Counted from the first letter of the stretch, positions 18,322-28,878 are shown. The stretch: DNA of 64,000 bases from Candidatus Poribacteria bacterium (GCA_965116925.1 OZ220744.1:2912001-2976000), one strand, 5' to 3'. Made by a program: numbers and translations. Notes: generated from the sequence alone by a model not told the origin.

Positions 18322-18580
18322 TCTTCTTCCCTGCCTTTGAGGATGTCCCCATGCAAGTGGGGAAAGGTTAACGGTGTCCGATAACCTTAAAGACCAAAAA
18401 TTCAAAGGAGGTAATGCAGCCCCTCCATGACTGATGAGGAAGGGAATGAACTAGCCCATTCCTCAACTCTTGTTGAACAGGACAAATCCTAAATAATTCA
18501 TCAATTCAATCCTGAAAATCCAGTAAACTTTAATCCAAAAGTTTCAAGTAATACCGTTTTGACTGACCAATAGTTTGCCC

Positions 18581-18609
18581 ATTATAGCACACCTCACATA
18601 ACCTTGCAA
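18581..18609 (-). promoter_or_regulatory. Sigma70-type promoter upstream of ppa-like/mtnA
   Basis: TTGCAA-N17-TATAAT with TG extension. Confidence 0.6.
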
Positions 18610-18762
18610 CGGAAAAAATGGTCAATTATCATTTCTCATCTAATCAACATTCACAGGTCCAAAGGTTTGTTTTCAAACCCGTGTTGGGGTATAATATGCT
18701 ATCAACCTGAGAAATTGTCTGTGATTTTATAGCGTTTATACTTATGAAAAAATTCAAATGAG

Positions 18763-19902
18763 ATGCTCCTACTCTGTATATCCCTATTGAGCTTTACCTT
18801 TACTTCACAAGTCGCTTTGAATCCCGATGTAATCGGGACAACAGTGGATATACCTGATGCAAATCTGGAAAGTGTGCTTCGATTAAAGTTAGATATCTCT
18901 TCCGATCCGCTCACCGACAGCGATCTGGCAAGGGTCACACACCTTTCGGTGATACACACAGAGATCGCTAATCTAGAGGGATTGGAGTATTGCAGAAACT
19001 TGGTGCATCTTAGCCTGATTGGCGTAAAAGTCAAAGATATCCGTCCAATCGCAAAGTTAAAAAAACTGCGGTGGCTTGATCTGGGCAATAATCAGGTCAG
19101 CGACATTTATCCAATCGCAAAGCTAGAGAATCTTCGGTGGCTCGACTTGAACAGCAATCAGATTCGTGATATTCAGCCCCTTGCTAGACTGATAAATCTG
19201 GAACGACTTGACTTGAATAATAATCAGGTTCGTGATATTCAATCGCTTGCTGAACTGATAAATCTGGAACGACTTTACCTAAATAACAACCAGATTCGTG
19301 ATATTCAACCGCTCACTGAATTGATAAACTTGGAGAGTCTCGACCTACCCAAGAATCAGATTCGTGATATTCAGCCACTAGGCGGGTTGGAAAATCTGAA
19401 ATGGCTTTATCTCGGCGAAAACCAGATTGATGACATTCGTCCCATTGCAAAATTAGAAAATATAGAAAGACTCTACCTCGAAGTAAATCAAATTCGCGAT
19501 GTGAGTCCGATCGCCGGACTGAAAAAGCTGTTTCGGCTTAACCTGAATGAAAATCAGATCAACGATGTTCATCCACTTGCAGAATCAGCAAATCTCGAAC
19601 GACTTGAGCTAACTGACAATCAAATTCGGGATGTGCATCCCCTCGCTAGGTTAAAAAACCTGAAGTGGCTTTATCTGGCAAAAAATCGGATCCGCGATGT
19701 CAGTGCCCTCGCAGAATTGGTAAACTTATATGAACTCGATCTAAAGGAGAATCAAATCCACGATATTTATCCATTGGTCAACAATCCTGGGATCGGACAC
19801 GGCGATGTCATCTCCGTGGAATCCAATCCTTTGAATGAAAGCTCTATCAAGAATCATATTCCTAGATTAAAGGCAAAAGGTGTACATTTTTCTGAGGATT
19901 AA
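18763..19902 (+). CDS. Secreted internalin-like leucine-rich repeat protein
   Basis: 22-aa repeats LxxLxNLxxLxLxxNQIxDIxP; N-cap IPDANLESVLR; hydrophobic N-terminus. Confidence 0.9.
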   Translation: MLLLCISLLSFTFTSQVALNPDVIGTTVDIPDANLESVLRLKLDISSDPLTDSDLARVTHLSVIHTEIANLEGLEYCRNLVHLSLIGVKVKDIRPIAKLKKLRWLDLGNNQVSDIYPIAKLENLRWLDLNSNQIRDIQPLARLINLERLDLNNNQVRDIQSLAELINLERLYLNNNQIRDIQPLTELINLESLDLPKNQIRDIQPLGGLENLKWLYLGENQIDDIRPIAKLENIERLYLEVNQIRDVSPIAGLKKLFRLNLNENQINDVHPLAESANLERLELTDNQIRDVHPLARLKNLKWLYLAKNRIRDVSALAELVNLYELDLKENQIHDIYPLVNNPGIGHGDVISVESNPLNESSIKNHIPRLKAKGVHFSED

Positions 19903-19946
19903 CTTAACATGTATAATACTTTTGAGAATAGCTTGGAGGTTACAAC

Positions 19947-21095
19947 ATGGCTTACGATTTGTTAATCAAAGGCGGCACCTTGATTGATCCCGCACGAAAT
20001 ATTCACGCAAACAAAGATGTAGCATTTTCAAACGGTGTTGTCGCTGAAGTAGATGACAACTTATCAAAAACAGATGCGCTTGAGGTATTGGATGCCAGTG
20101 GCTGTCTTGTCACGCCGGGCATGATTGATCTGCACGTTCACGTGTTCTACGGCGTCAGTCATTTTGGTATCGAACCGGACCCAACCTGTTTGGCAAAGGG
20201 TGCGACAACGGTGGTTGATGCAGGTTCGGCGGGTGCCGATATTTTTCCCGGCTTTCGCAAGTATGTGATCGACGTGAGTGAAACGCGGATCTTGGCGCAA
20301 ATTAATATCTCGTCGCAGGGGATGTTGACTCAAGAAATCGGCGAGTTTGAAATCCCCGAATATGCCGATGTAGACAAAGCCTGTGCGATGATTGAAAAGC
20401 ATCGCGATGTAATTTTGGGGGTGAAGGTGCGACTGACAAAACATAGTATTGTCAGTGAACGGTCAGGGATGATTCCGCTGCACCATGCACGCGAAGCCGC
20501 AGATGCAGCAGGTCTACCCATTATGGTGCATCCGCAAGACGCTTGGTGCGATTCAATCGATGACATCTTGGCGGTCATGGGTGAGCGGGACATCGTGACC
20601 CACTGCTTCCATGGGAGTAGATGTGGTATCTTGGACGATGACAGGAAGGTTCGTAAGTCAGTACACGAGGCGATGGAGCGCGGTGTTGTCTTTGATGTGG
20701 GGCACGGTGCGGGATCTTTCTCCTGGGATACTGTCGAAACCGCAATGAGCCAAGGGGTCGCACCACAAACCATCTCATCAGACCTGCATATTTACAATGT
20801 CAACGGTCCCGTCTATGACTTGGCGAATGTCGTGACAAAATTCCTCCATCTCGGTATGCCGCTCGACGACGCTATCGCAAAGGTTACTTCAGTGCCGGCG
20901 GAGGTGATTCTGATGTCGGACAAAATCGGCACACTGGCACCCGGTGCGTGGGGAGATGCGATTATCTCTGAACTGCGCGAAGGCGAATTCCAACTGATGG
21001 ATTCGCGTGGTGAAACCCGTATCAGCAGACAGAATTTTGTGCCGATTACCGTTGTCAAGGGCGGGCGGGTATACCGTCAAGGTCATAAGGGATAA
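19947..21095 (+). CDS. Amidohydrolase/deacetylase family metallohydrolase (dihydroorotase-like)
   Basis: PGMIDLHVH, VDAGSAG, THCFHG, DVGHGAGSF, ISSDLH. Confidence 0.85.
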   Translation: MAYDLLIKGGTLIDPARNIHANKDVAFSNGVVAEVDDNLSKTDALEVLDASGCLVTPGMIDLHVHVFYGVSHFGIEPDPTCLAKGATTVVDAGSAGADIFPGFRKYVIDVSETRILAQINISSQGMLTQEIGEFEIPEYADVDKACAMIEKHRDVILGVKVRLTKHSIVSERSGMIPLHHAREAADAAGLPIMVHPQDAWCDSIDDILAVMGERDIVTHCFHGSRCGILDDDRKVRKSVHEAMERGVVFDVGHGAGSFSWDTVETAMSQGVAPQTISSDLHIYNVNGPVYDLANVVTKFLHLGMPLDDAIAKVTSVPAEVILMSDKIGTLAPGAWGDAIISELREGEFQLMDSRGETRISRQNFVPITVVKGGRVYRQGHKG

Positions 21096-21139
21096 CGGGC
21101 TTTCTTCCCTATCCTAACGTTCATTTGGTGAGGAGAAAA

Positions 21140-22588
21140 ATGGCATATTCCAGTCTGAGAGATTTTGTAAAAGCGTTAGAACAAGCAGGCGAATTAAAGC
21201 GAATCAAAGCCGAAGTCTCCCCTGACCTTGAGATCACACAGATCACGGATCGGGTGAGTAAGGCTGAAGGGCCCGCACTGCTGTTTGAAAACGTTGAAGG
21301 CAGCGACATGCCACTGCTGATCAACGCTTTTGGTTCCTACAAGCGGATGGCAATGGCACTCGACGTTGAAGATATAGACGAAATCGCCGATGAAATTGAA
21401 GACATGATCAAACTCGGTCCCCCAGAATCACTACTCGACAAGGTGAAACTCCTCGGTATTCTGAGCAAACTGACAAAATTCCCACCAAAAACGGTCAAGC
21501 GCGGTGCGTGCCAGGATGTAGTTTTGACCGGCAACGAAATTTCATTAGATCGCATCCCGCTCATCAAATGCTGGCCCCTTGATGCGGACAAATATATTAC
21601 CCTGCCGCAGGTTTTCACACATAGTCTGAAAACGGGGCAACGCAATGTCGGCACGTACCGGCTGCAGAAACTTGATGAACGGACGTTGGCAATGCACTGG
21701 CAGATCCACCATGATGGTGCCGGACATCACCGCGAATACCGCGAGGCGGGTGAGCGGATGCCGGTTGCTGTCGCTATTGGGGGCGATCCAGTCATGTCTT
21801 ATATCGGTACGGCTCCACTTCCGAGCGGTATTGACGAACTCCTATTTGCAGGATTTCTTCGTGAAGCCAATGTGCCAATGGTTCCGTGCAAAACCATCGA
21901 TATGCTAGTTCCCGCAGATGCGGACATCGTGATTGAAGGATATATCGAACCGGACGAAACCTGCATTGAAGGGCCCTTCGGTGATCACACCGGCTACTAC
22001 TCCCTTGCGGACGAATATCCCGTCTTTCACATCACCGCTATCACGCACCGCAAACACCCCATCTACCAGACAATCATCGTCGGCAAACCGCCGATGGAGG
22101 ATTGTTACATGGGCAAGGCAACGGAGCGAATCTTCATGCCGTTGATCCGGACACAACTACCGGAGTTAGTCGATATGAACCTGCCGTTGTTCGGTGTATT
22201 CCATAACTTTGCTTTAATTTCTATCGACAAACGTTACCCCTACCATGCAAAGAAGATTATGCACAGCCTGTGGGGGCTTGGTCAACTGATGTTCAGTAAG
22301 ATTATTATCGTCGTTGACAAAGATGTTGATGTGCAGAATGTCGATGAAGTGCTTTTCCGCGTTGGCAGCAACGTTGACCCCAAGCGAGATGTAACCATCG
22401 TTGAGGGTCCCGTTGATGTCCTTGATCACGCTGCACCATTGATGGGCGCAGGATCGAAGATGGGGATCGATGCAACGACCAAATGGCGTGAGGAAGGTTA
22501 CCAGCGGGAGTGGCCCGATGAAATCAAGATGTCTCAGGAAATTATTGATCTAGTAGAACAGCGGTGGAAGGAATATAGGATTGAGTGA
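21140..22588 (+). CDS. UbiD-family decarboxylase (menaquinone-biosynthesis type)
   Basis: GPALLFEN, RNVGTYR, EGPFGDHTGYY, GKPPMED, GSKMGIDAT. Confidence 0.9.
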   Translation: MAYSSLRDFVKALEQAGELKRIKAEVSPDLEITQITDRVSKAEGPALLFENVEGSDMPLLINAFGSYKRMAMALDVEDIDEIADEIEDMIKLGPPESLLDKVKLLGILSKLTKFPPKTVKRGACQDVVLTGNEISLDRIPLIKCWPLDADKYITLPQVFTHSLKTGQRNVGTYRLQKLDERTLAMHWQIHHDGAGHHREYREAGERMPVAVAIGGDPVMSYIGTAPLPSGIDELLFAGFLREANVPMVPCKTIDMLVPADADIVIEGYIEPDETCIEGPFGDHTGYYSLADEYPVFHITAITHRKHPIYQTIIVGKPPMEDCYMGKATERIFMPLIRTQLPELVDMNLPLFGVFHNFALISIDKRYPYHAKKIMHSLWGLGQLMFSKIIIVVDKDVDVQNVDEVLFRVGSNVDPKRDVTIVEGPVDVLDHAAPLMGAGSKMGIDATTKWREEGYQREWPDEIKMSQEIIDLVEQRWKEYRIE

Positions 22589-22689
22589 ACCACCAAACAT
22601 GATGGTTTTCGTGAACGCTCGCAAGATCGAATTTTCAGCAGGTTTGTTGTGAGAAAATATATCTTACACTATAGGATGGAGGCACAAAC

Positions 22690-23769
22690 ATGCAAACTTA
22701 CCGCGCCGCTGTTATCGGCTGTAGCCGGATGGGGGCATTTATTGACAATGAAGTACCCGATTATCAAGCAATTCCGTTGCCGTATTCGCACGCGGCGGGC
22801 TTCTATGCCGAAGAGCGAACAGATCTCGTCGCTTGTTCAGATCTGCGTCCAGATGTCATGGAGGTATTCGGAGAACGGTACGATGTACCCAAAGAACGAC
22901 AATACACTGACTATCGGGAACTCATCGAAAAAGAGAACTTGGACATTGTGAGTGTGGCAACGCAGCCGGAACACCGCGCCGAAGTTGTCATCCACGCCGT
23001 AGAACACGGGGTCAAAGCAATCTACGCGGAGAAGGCGATGGCAGCTTCGATGGCCGAGGCGGACGCAATGGTGGAAGCGGTAGAACGCAACGGGGCTTTC
23101 TTCAACTTGGGCACAAACCGCCGTTGGCACACCGGCTTCGATAAGATGAAGGAGGTTATCGACAGCGGTGAATTGGGAGCCCTCAAGACCCTAATCATCT
23201 ACGGTAACCACTCGCTTTTTAACGGTTCCAGCCATCAGTTCGATCTGATCCTGCGTCTGAATAGCGACCACCGCGCTTTGTGGGCATCTGCCCATATCAC
23301 CAATGACGACAGCATCTTCGACGGTAATATTGTTCGGGAAGATCCGAATGGTCAGGGGATAATTCAATTTGAGAACGACGTCACGGCACATGCCCTCCTC
23401 TCTCCACGTGGTAGCGAATGGGAGGCAATCTGTGACAGAGGGATTGTGACATGCTGGAACAATGGTTGGCAGTGGCACATTCGACGCGAAGCCGACGTTC
23501 CGGGGTGGCGCAACTGCTTTGTGCCGGAGCCTTTCCCTGAGTTTGAACAAACGAGCAGCACGGCGAATCTCATCAAAGATCTGGTTCACTCACTCGATAC
23601 CGGCGAGCCATCACGCTGCGGCGTCCGTGTGGCACACGCAAGCACGGAATTAATCTTTGCATTCATGGAATCGCATCTACAGAACGGGGCAAGAGTTCAG
23701 CTACCGTTGAAGGGGTCAAAGCTGCGGATGGAGAGAGATCGTGCTCCAAGGCAACCGAGGTTTCAGTAG
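22690..23769 (+). CDS. Gfo/Idh/MocA family oxidoreductase
   Basis: N-terminal Rossmann AAVIGC; LDIVSVAT; AEKAMA. Confidence 0.85.
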   Translation: MQTYRAAVIGCSRMGAFIDNEVPDYQAIPLPYSHAAGFYAEERTDLVACSDLRPDVMEVFGERYDVPKERQYTDYRELIEKENLDIVSVATQPEHRAEVVIHAVEHGVKAIYAEKAMAASMAEADAMVEAVERNGAFFNLGTNRRWHTGFDKMKEVIDSGELGALKTLIIYGNHSLFNGSSHQFDLILRLNSDHRALWASAHITNDDSIFDGNIVREDPNGQGIIQFENDVTAHALLSPRGSEWEAICDRGIVTCWNNGWQWHIRREADVPGWRNCFVPEPFPEFEQTSSTANLIKDLVHSLDTGEPSRCGVRVAHASTELIFAFMESHLQNGARVQLPLKGSKLRMERDRAPRQPRFQ

Positions 23770-23890
23770 AGAAACAAGGGAAGTCTCGCAGAATTGCATA
23801 CACGTTTCAATGAGATAGTCTCAGTCAATTAGATAATGTTCTTGAGTTTGCCACTGTGCAATGCTATAATGACAAGGAATTTCAAAACTA

Positions 23891-24877
23891 GTGGAGACAT
23901 ATACCGATCGAATCATTCAAGGCGATTGTCTCGAATTGTTTCGCCAAATTCCCGATAATAGCGTTGATATAACCTTCGCTGATCCACCCTTTAATCTGAA
24001 GAAGAAATATCACACCACAAGAGATAGCCTTGAGTTGGAAGAATATCTACATTGGTGCGAAAAATGGATTTCGGAGATGGTGCGTGTTACAAAGGAAACA
24101 GGGTCAATTTTTGTACATAACATCCCCAAATGGTTGACGTACTATGCGGGCTTTTTGAACAAACTCGCTGATTTTAAGCACTGGATTTCGTGGGATGCCC
24201 CCACAGCACCGATGGGGAAAACACTTCAACCCGCACATTACGGCATCCTATTTTATGCCAAAGATGCAAAGCAAAATAAATTTTACGAAATTCGTTATCC
24301 ACACAAACGTTGTCGTAAATGCAACTATTTGCATAAGGACTACGGCGGGAAAAAGGGGCTGTTGCATCCTTTTGGCCCGCTTGTTCCAGATACATGGACA
24401 GATATTCATAGGATAAAACACAACAAATATCGCGATCCACATCCGTGTCAACTGCCGATCCATTTGTTAGAACGTATCATCTTAATGTCTACTGATGAAG
24501 GCGATACAGTGCTTGATCCATTTTTGGGGACAGGTACAACAGCAATCGCTGCAAAGCGGCTTGGTCGACACTACATTGGTTTTGAACTCGATCAAACTTA
24601 CGCAACAATAGCACATGACAAAGTAAAACAACAGGTATTAGATTCCCGGGTTGGAGATGTATGGGTCAGTGTTCATTTAGACGACATTATCACAATCCGC
24701 GACCAAGATTGGGAGGCGTTACATCCAGAATTTTACAGTCCTAAGTCCCCCAAAGCAATTGATCACACTAAGATATTGTTAAAAAGCAAAATACCGCTCA
24801 TACCAACGGTTAATCAACAGGAAACACATCAAGAAGCACAATCGCGATTTCTAGAGAGTCGCAAAAACAATCAATAG
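23891..24877 (+). CDS. Site-specific DNA methyltransferase (N6/N4, beta class), orphan
   Basis: Motif IV DPPF precedes HPCQLP and motif I DPFLGTGTT. Confidence 0.9.
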   Translation: METYTDRIIQGDCLELFRQIPDNSVDITFADPPFNLKKKYHTTRDSLELEEYLHWCEKWISEMVRVTKETGSIFVHNIPKWLTYYAGFLNKLADFKHWISWDAPTAPMGKTLQPAHYGILFYAKDAKQNKFYEIRYPHKRCRKCNYLHKDYGGKKGLLHPFGPLVPDTWTDIHRIKHNKYRDPHPCQLPIHLLERIILMSTDEGDTVLDPFLGTGTTAIAAKRLGRHYIGFELDQTYATIAHDKVKQQVLDSRVGDVWVSVHLDDIITIRDQDWEALHPEFYSPKSPKAIDHTKILLKSKIPLIPTVNQQETHQEAQSRFLESRKNNQ

Positions 24878-24888
24878 GGAGGGCTTTT

Positions 24889-25935
24889 ATGCCTACAGTC
24901 AATCATGATGTTTTACGAAAATTTGTTTATGATATGTATATCGGTGCAGGTGGAGTTGAGGAAGATGCTCGTATTGTCAGCAATCATGTTGTAGATTCCA
25001 ATCTGATGGGGCATGATTCACACGGCGTAATCAATGCGCCCAACTACGCAGGCGGGATGAGTGGCGGCACCTCAACGGATAAGATGGAAATTGTCCGTGA
25101 GACACCCGCAACAGCGGTGATAAACGCCAACGGTGGGCTCGGCATGGTCATCGCTCAGAAGGCGATGGAGATGGCGGTTGAAAAAGCGAAAACACACACA
25201 TTCGGCGGGATTGGACTCCACCGTTGCGGACACGCCGGACGGATGGGAACGTATCCCACAATCGCCGCAAAAGAGGGGATGATCGGGCTCGTTTTCCTAA
25301 ATGGAGGCGGACGATTTATGCACCCCTTCGGCGGCACATCCCGAAGGCTCCCACCCAACCCAATTGCGATCGCAGTCCCCCGCAAAAATGGCGAACCGTT
25401 GATGCTTGATGCGACGATGAGTGTTGTTGCAGGCGGAAAAATACTGGTCCAACGTGCACGTGATGAAGAGATGCCAGAAGGTTGGATGATTGACTCAGAA
25501 GGAAACACAGTGACTGATCCGAACGCGTTCATAGACCGTCATGATGATACAGCGGTAATGCCGGTAGGCGGTTTTCAGTTCGGGCACAAGGGCTTCGGCT
25601 TAGGATTTATGATTGATGCCATCGCCGGTGGGCTTTCGTGGGCAGGTTGTAGTCGTCAAGAACCCACACGTGGCGCAAGCGGGATTGTGATGATCGCTAT
25701 CAAGATTCAGGATTTCATCGATCTTGATGTCTACCAACAGGAGACCGAGTATCTCACAGAATGGATAAAGTCCTCCGAAAAACTGCCCGGTGTTGATGAA
25801 GTGTTCGCTCCCGGCGAGTTTGAAGAACGGAGCCGTGAACAGCGCATAAGAGATGGGATCCCAATCGAACAGAAAACGTGGGATCGGCTGGTCGAAGCGG
25901 CTGCCTCCCATGGCGTTTCAGCCCCAGCAGTCTAA
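24889..25935 (+). CDS. Ldh_2 family (malate/L-lactate dehydrogenase-like) oxidoreductase
   Basis: GHDSHG, GHAGRMG, NPIAIAVP, GHKGFGL. Confidence 0.85.
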   Translation: MPTVNHDVLRKFVYDMYIGAGGVEEDARIVSNHVVDSNLMGHDSHGVINAPNYAGGMSGGTSTDKMEIVRETPATAVINANGGLGMVIAQKAMEMAVEKAKTHTFGGIGLHRCGHAGRMGTYPTIAAKEGMIGLVFLNGGGRFMHPFGGTSRRLPPNPIAIAVPRKNGEPLMLDATMSVVAGGKILVQRARDEEMPEGWMIDSEGNTVTDPNAFIDRHDDTAVMPVGGFQFGHKGFGLGFMIDAIAGGLSWAGCSRQEPTRGASGIVMIAIKIQDFIDLDVYQQETEYLTEWIKSSEKLPGVDEVFAPGEFEERSREQRIRDGIPIEQKTWDRLVEAAASHGVSAPAV

Positions 25936-25943
25936 AAGTAAAC

Positions 25944-26075
25944 GCTCATGTTAAGATTTGGTGCAAAGAAACCGAATTTTTTCAACCCCCCTGCGAAGCT
26001 CCCCTTCGCTGCCCCCCTGTCAGGGGGGTCAACCTCGGTTTCTCTTCGTGCTTTGCACTTTCTTTTTTCATGAGC
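25944..26075. mobile_element. MITE-like element with nested hairpin
   Basis: Imperfect 25-bp terminal inverted repeats GCTCATG..GTGCAAAG / CTTTGCAC..CATGAGC; internal AGAAACCGA..TCGGTTTCT palindrome; related copy at 59497-59551. Confidence 0.6.
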
Positions 26076-26184
26076 CAAAATAAAAACAAACCTCACCAAT
26101 AGTGAGGCGATCCGCCAGCATTCAAACAGTATCAATTAGACCGGGGACTTAACTCAACTGGATAGCTACTCTGGAGACAGGAAG

Positions 26185-27345
26185 ATGATTACGAAGTTTG
26201 GCTCACTATTCGCAGGGCATGTTGATCTGAAAGATGTAGGGCTTGATGCTCCCCCTGTCAACGAACGTTGGCTCTCCGACCAACATATAGCAACCGTATT
26301 CGACAAGACCCAAGCCATCGCGCAGATCATGGACCGAAACGGCTACGAAACCCTTTGGCTGGCTGAACACCACTTTCAGCGCGAAGGGTACGAGTGCATC
26401 CCTAACATTCTGATGCTCGGTGTCCACCTCGCTCACCTAACGCAGACGCTCAAGATCGGGTGCGCTTTCAACGTGACGCCGATGTGGCACCCACTACGAC
26501 TAGCAGAAGACTATGCGACCGCAGACCTCCTCACGGGTGGACGTATCGTTTTTGGCGTGGGACGAGGCTACCATACACGCGAGGTTGAAGTCTTTGGCGC
26601 ACCTCTACTCGATGGAGACGCCAATCGCGAGATGTTCGAGGAACAAATTGACATCATCTTTAAGTCATTTAATGAGCCGTCCTTCTCCCATCACGGCAAG
26701 TACTACGACATCCCGCCGAAGGTTCCGTATCGTGGGTATGAATTGGAGGAAATCACACTGGTGCCGCGTCCCCTCAAGCGACCTGTTGAGTGCTGGCAGC
26801 CTATCGTCAGTGCCAGTGAACGCGGACTCAACCTTATGGCAAAACACGGCATCAAGGGGATGATCGGCGGCGGTGCTGCTGCGGGCGGTGCCGCAGAGAA
26901 AGTGATACAGGCTTGGCAGCAAGTACAGGCGAATCACGGCAGGGAAATGGAACTGGGTGGTGACCTTATTATCGGCTTCTCCTACCACATTGCCGATACG
27001 GAGGAAAAGGCGATCGAGGAGGCGAGTAGCTACTTTGAAGAGCACATGAAGATGTTCGCGCCTCTGGGATTCGTGCGCGGATTGACGGACGAGCAGATTG
27101 CGGCGACAGCAGATCCGCAACAGGCGCGGACCGCCGGTTTACCCACGCTGCGGGATGCTGTAGAGGCAGGTTCGTGGCTGTGTGGACCGCCGGAGTTGAT
27201 TATTGAAAAACTGATGGACGTTCAAAAACGCTATCCCGGACTTGATCAAGTGACCGTCAACAACGCCGTAGGAACACCAGAGGGTGTGATTCTAGAACAA
27301 CTTGACCGATTCGCCAAAGAGGTCATGCCCACATTCAAAAACTAA
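26185..27345 (+). CDS. LLM class flavin-dependent oxidoreductase
   Basis: WLAEHHF, WHPLRLAED, FGVGRGY. Confidence 0.9.
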   Translation: MITKFGSLFAGHVDLKDVGLDAPPVNERWLSDQHIATVFDKTQAIAQIMDRNGYETLWLAEHHFQREGYECIPNILMLGVHLAHLTQTLKIGCAFNVTPMWHPLRLAEDYATADLLTGGRIVFGVGRGYHTREVEVFGAPLLDGDANREMFEEQIDIIFKSFNEPSFSHHGKYYDIPPKVPYRGYELEEITLVPRPLKRPVECWQPIVSASERGLNLMAKHGIKGMIGGGAAAGGAAEKVIQAWQQVQANHGREMELGGDLIIGFSYHIADTEEKAIEEASSYFEEHMKMFAPLGFVRGLTDEQIAATADPQQARTAGLPTLRDAVEAGSWLCGPPELIIEKLMDVQKRYPGLDQVTVNNAVGTPEGVILEQLDRFAKEVMPTFKN

Positions 27346-27359
27346 TGCACCGGCCTACC

Positions 27360-28601
27360 CTACCTCTCTAGAACCATGCCTGCCCGCTCGATTCGTTCAA
27401 ACATCTCCCTAAACGCCGGTGTACCGTCATTATCCCAATATTCAGTTTCGATGGGGGCATCGTAACTCATCGGAACTAACCCACCACGCCAATCTGGTCT
27501 CACCATGAAATGACGAGTATTGGCGGGATCATAGCGATTATACATCATTGAACCGTTGGCAAAACGCGACTTGATAATCCACGGTGCCTGCGCTGGTAGC
27601 TCCAAATCCTCTAGCCGTTCTAGCGCATCCCGATCGAGTGTAAGACCTAGCCCGGGTGCTTCGGGTACTCGCACAAACCCGTTGACTGGATCCAATCTTT
27701 CTTTCACAACATCGCTCTGATAAATCTCCGTGGTAGTAACAAAATGGAAGGTAGCTGTAGGAAAGACCGACATCATGTGCGCGGTCATCGCTCGTGTGAT
27801 AGTGCCACCGACGTTCTGCAGCATGAAGGGAATATTGCCCGCGGCGAAAAGACCGGCACAACGTATAGCTGCGCCTATCTTCTGGTGCCCCCGCATATAC
27901 ACATCCCCAGCCCCCATCAGCACCTCATAGGTGGCCTCCAACGGTGCTTGATGGCGCACGATGGGCAGCGGCACCCGCCGACACAGATCGATCGAAGCCA
28001 GCGTATCTCCAGCATCAATGCAATCCTCAAAGCAACCGGCAATGGGAGACTGTGCTAATTTGCCTAGTAGTTCTGGCATGTAGTCGTCCGTCCCGCCGCC
28101 GGTGAAATCGTAGTGAATTCTGAAGCCCTTGGGTGCCACTGCCTCCATAGCTTCGGTCTGGTCAAAGACATTCTCAAAGGGCGAAAGGTGAAACTTCATC
28201 CAAGTGTAGCCTTGCGCTGCATACCGCTCCACAGCCTCCGCCATCCGCTGTGGATGCGTCGATACCGTCCAACTACTCACGGGCACCCATGAGCGAGTCC
28301 GCTGACCAAAGAGTTGGTAGACCGGCACACCGGCGGCTTGCCCCATTAAATCGTACATGGCTGTCCCCAAAGCCAGTGAGGTTTCGTCCCCAACCCATTT
28401 GAAAGGATTGGTGCCGATGTACTGATCGACGACCTCCTGCGGTTCAGGTCGGCCACCCTCCCCAAGTCCTATCCGTCCGTCGTCTGTATGCACTATGTAT
28501 ATTGTGCGGCTAGCAGGACCTGAGTAGTGGTTCATCTGGTAGGCGATCCAGTCTTGGTATTCGGGGGTAATTTTATGGACTTCGATTTCGGTGATTTTCA
28601 T
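27360..28601 (-). CDS. Mandelate racemase/muconate lactonizing enzyme family protein
   Basis: AMYDLMGQAAGVPVYQLFG capping motif; VPEAPGLG. Confidence 0.85.
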   Translation of the reverse strand: MKITEIEVHKITPEYQDWIAYQMNHYSGPASRTIYIVHTDDGRIGLGEGGRPEPQEVVDQYIGTNPFKWVGDETSLALGTAMYDLMGQAAGVPVYQLFGQRTRSWVPVSSWTVSTHPQRMAEAVERYAAQGYTWMKFHLSPFENVFDQTEAMEAVAPKGFRIHYDFTGGGTDDYMPELLGKLAQSPIAGCFEDCIDAGDTLASIDLCRRVPLPIVRHQAPLEATYEVLMGAGDVYMRGHQKIGAAIRCAGLFAAGNIPFMLQNVGGTITRAMTAHMMSVFPTATFHFVTTTEIYQSDVVKERLDPVNGFVRVPEAPGLGLTLDRDALERLEDLELPAQAPWIIKSRFANGSMMYNRYDPANTRHFMVRPDWRGGLVPMSYDAPIETEYWDNDGTPAFREMFERIERAGMVLER

Positions 28602-28878
28602 ACTGGCCTCCTTTCAGGGCGGCGCGCATTGATTTTCAATGACAAATCTTCAACGACTGTGTGACAGCATAACACCTTACAATCGGTGTGTCACTAGAAA
28701 GTTGATAATAGACCATTCTTCTCTTGACGTCCAGATGAATTTTTGCGAAAATAGTATGAAAAATAATATAGTAAATGTCAAAAAGATGGTTTCGTAGTGA
28801 CAACTTCAGTCACTCCTCATTTATGATCTCTAACATAATGCTCGAAAATTCGTATCAGAAAGATTGAGGTAATTCACC

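Noticed and set aside
18560..18582. GGGCAAAC motif suggesting a c-di-GMP-I riboswitch
   Set aside because: The downstream GAAA tetraloop and GACGCAAAG elements are absent, and the motif abuts the -10 box.
19150..19380. 66-bp periodic repeat resembling a CRISPR array
   Set aside because: It is the in-frame 22-aa LRR periodicity; the spacers are similar to each other and there are no cas genes.
23891..24877. Complete restriction-modification system
   Set aside because: No endonuclease-like ORF is adjacent.
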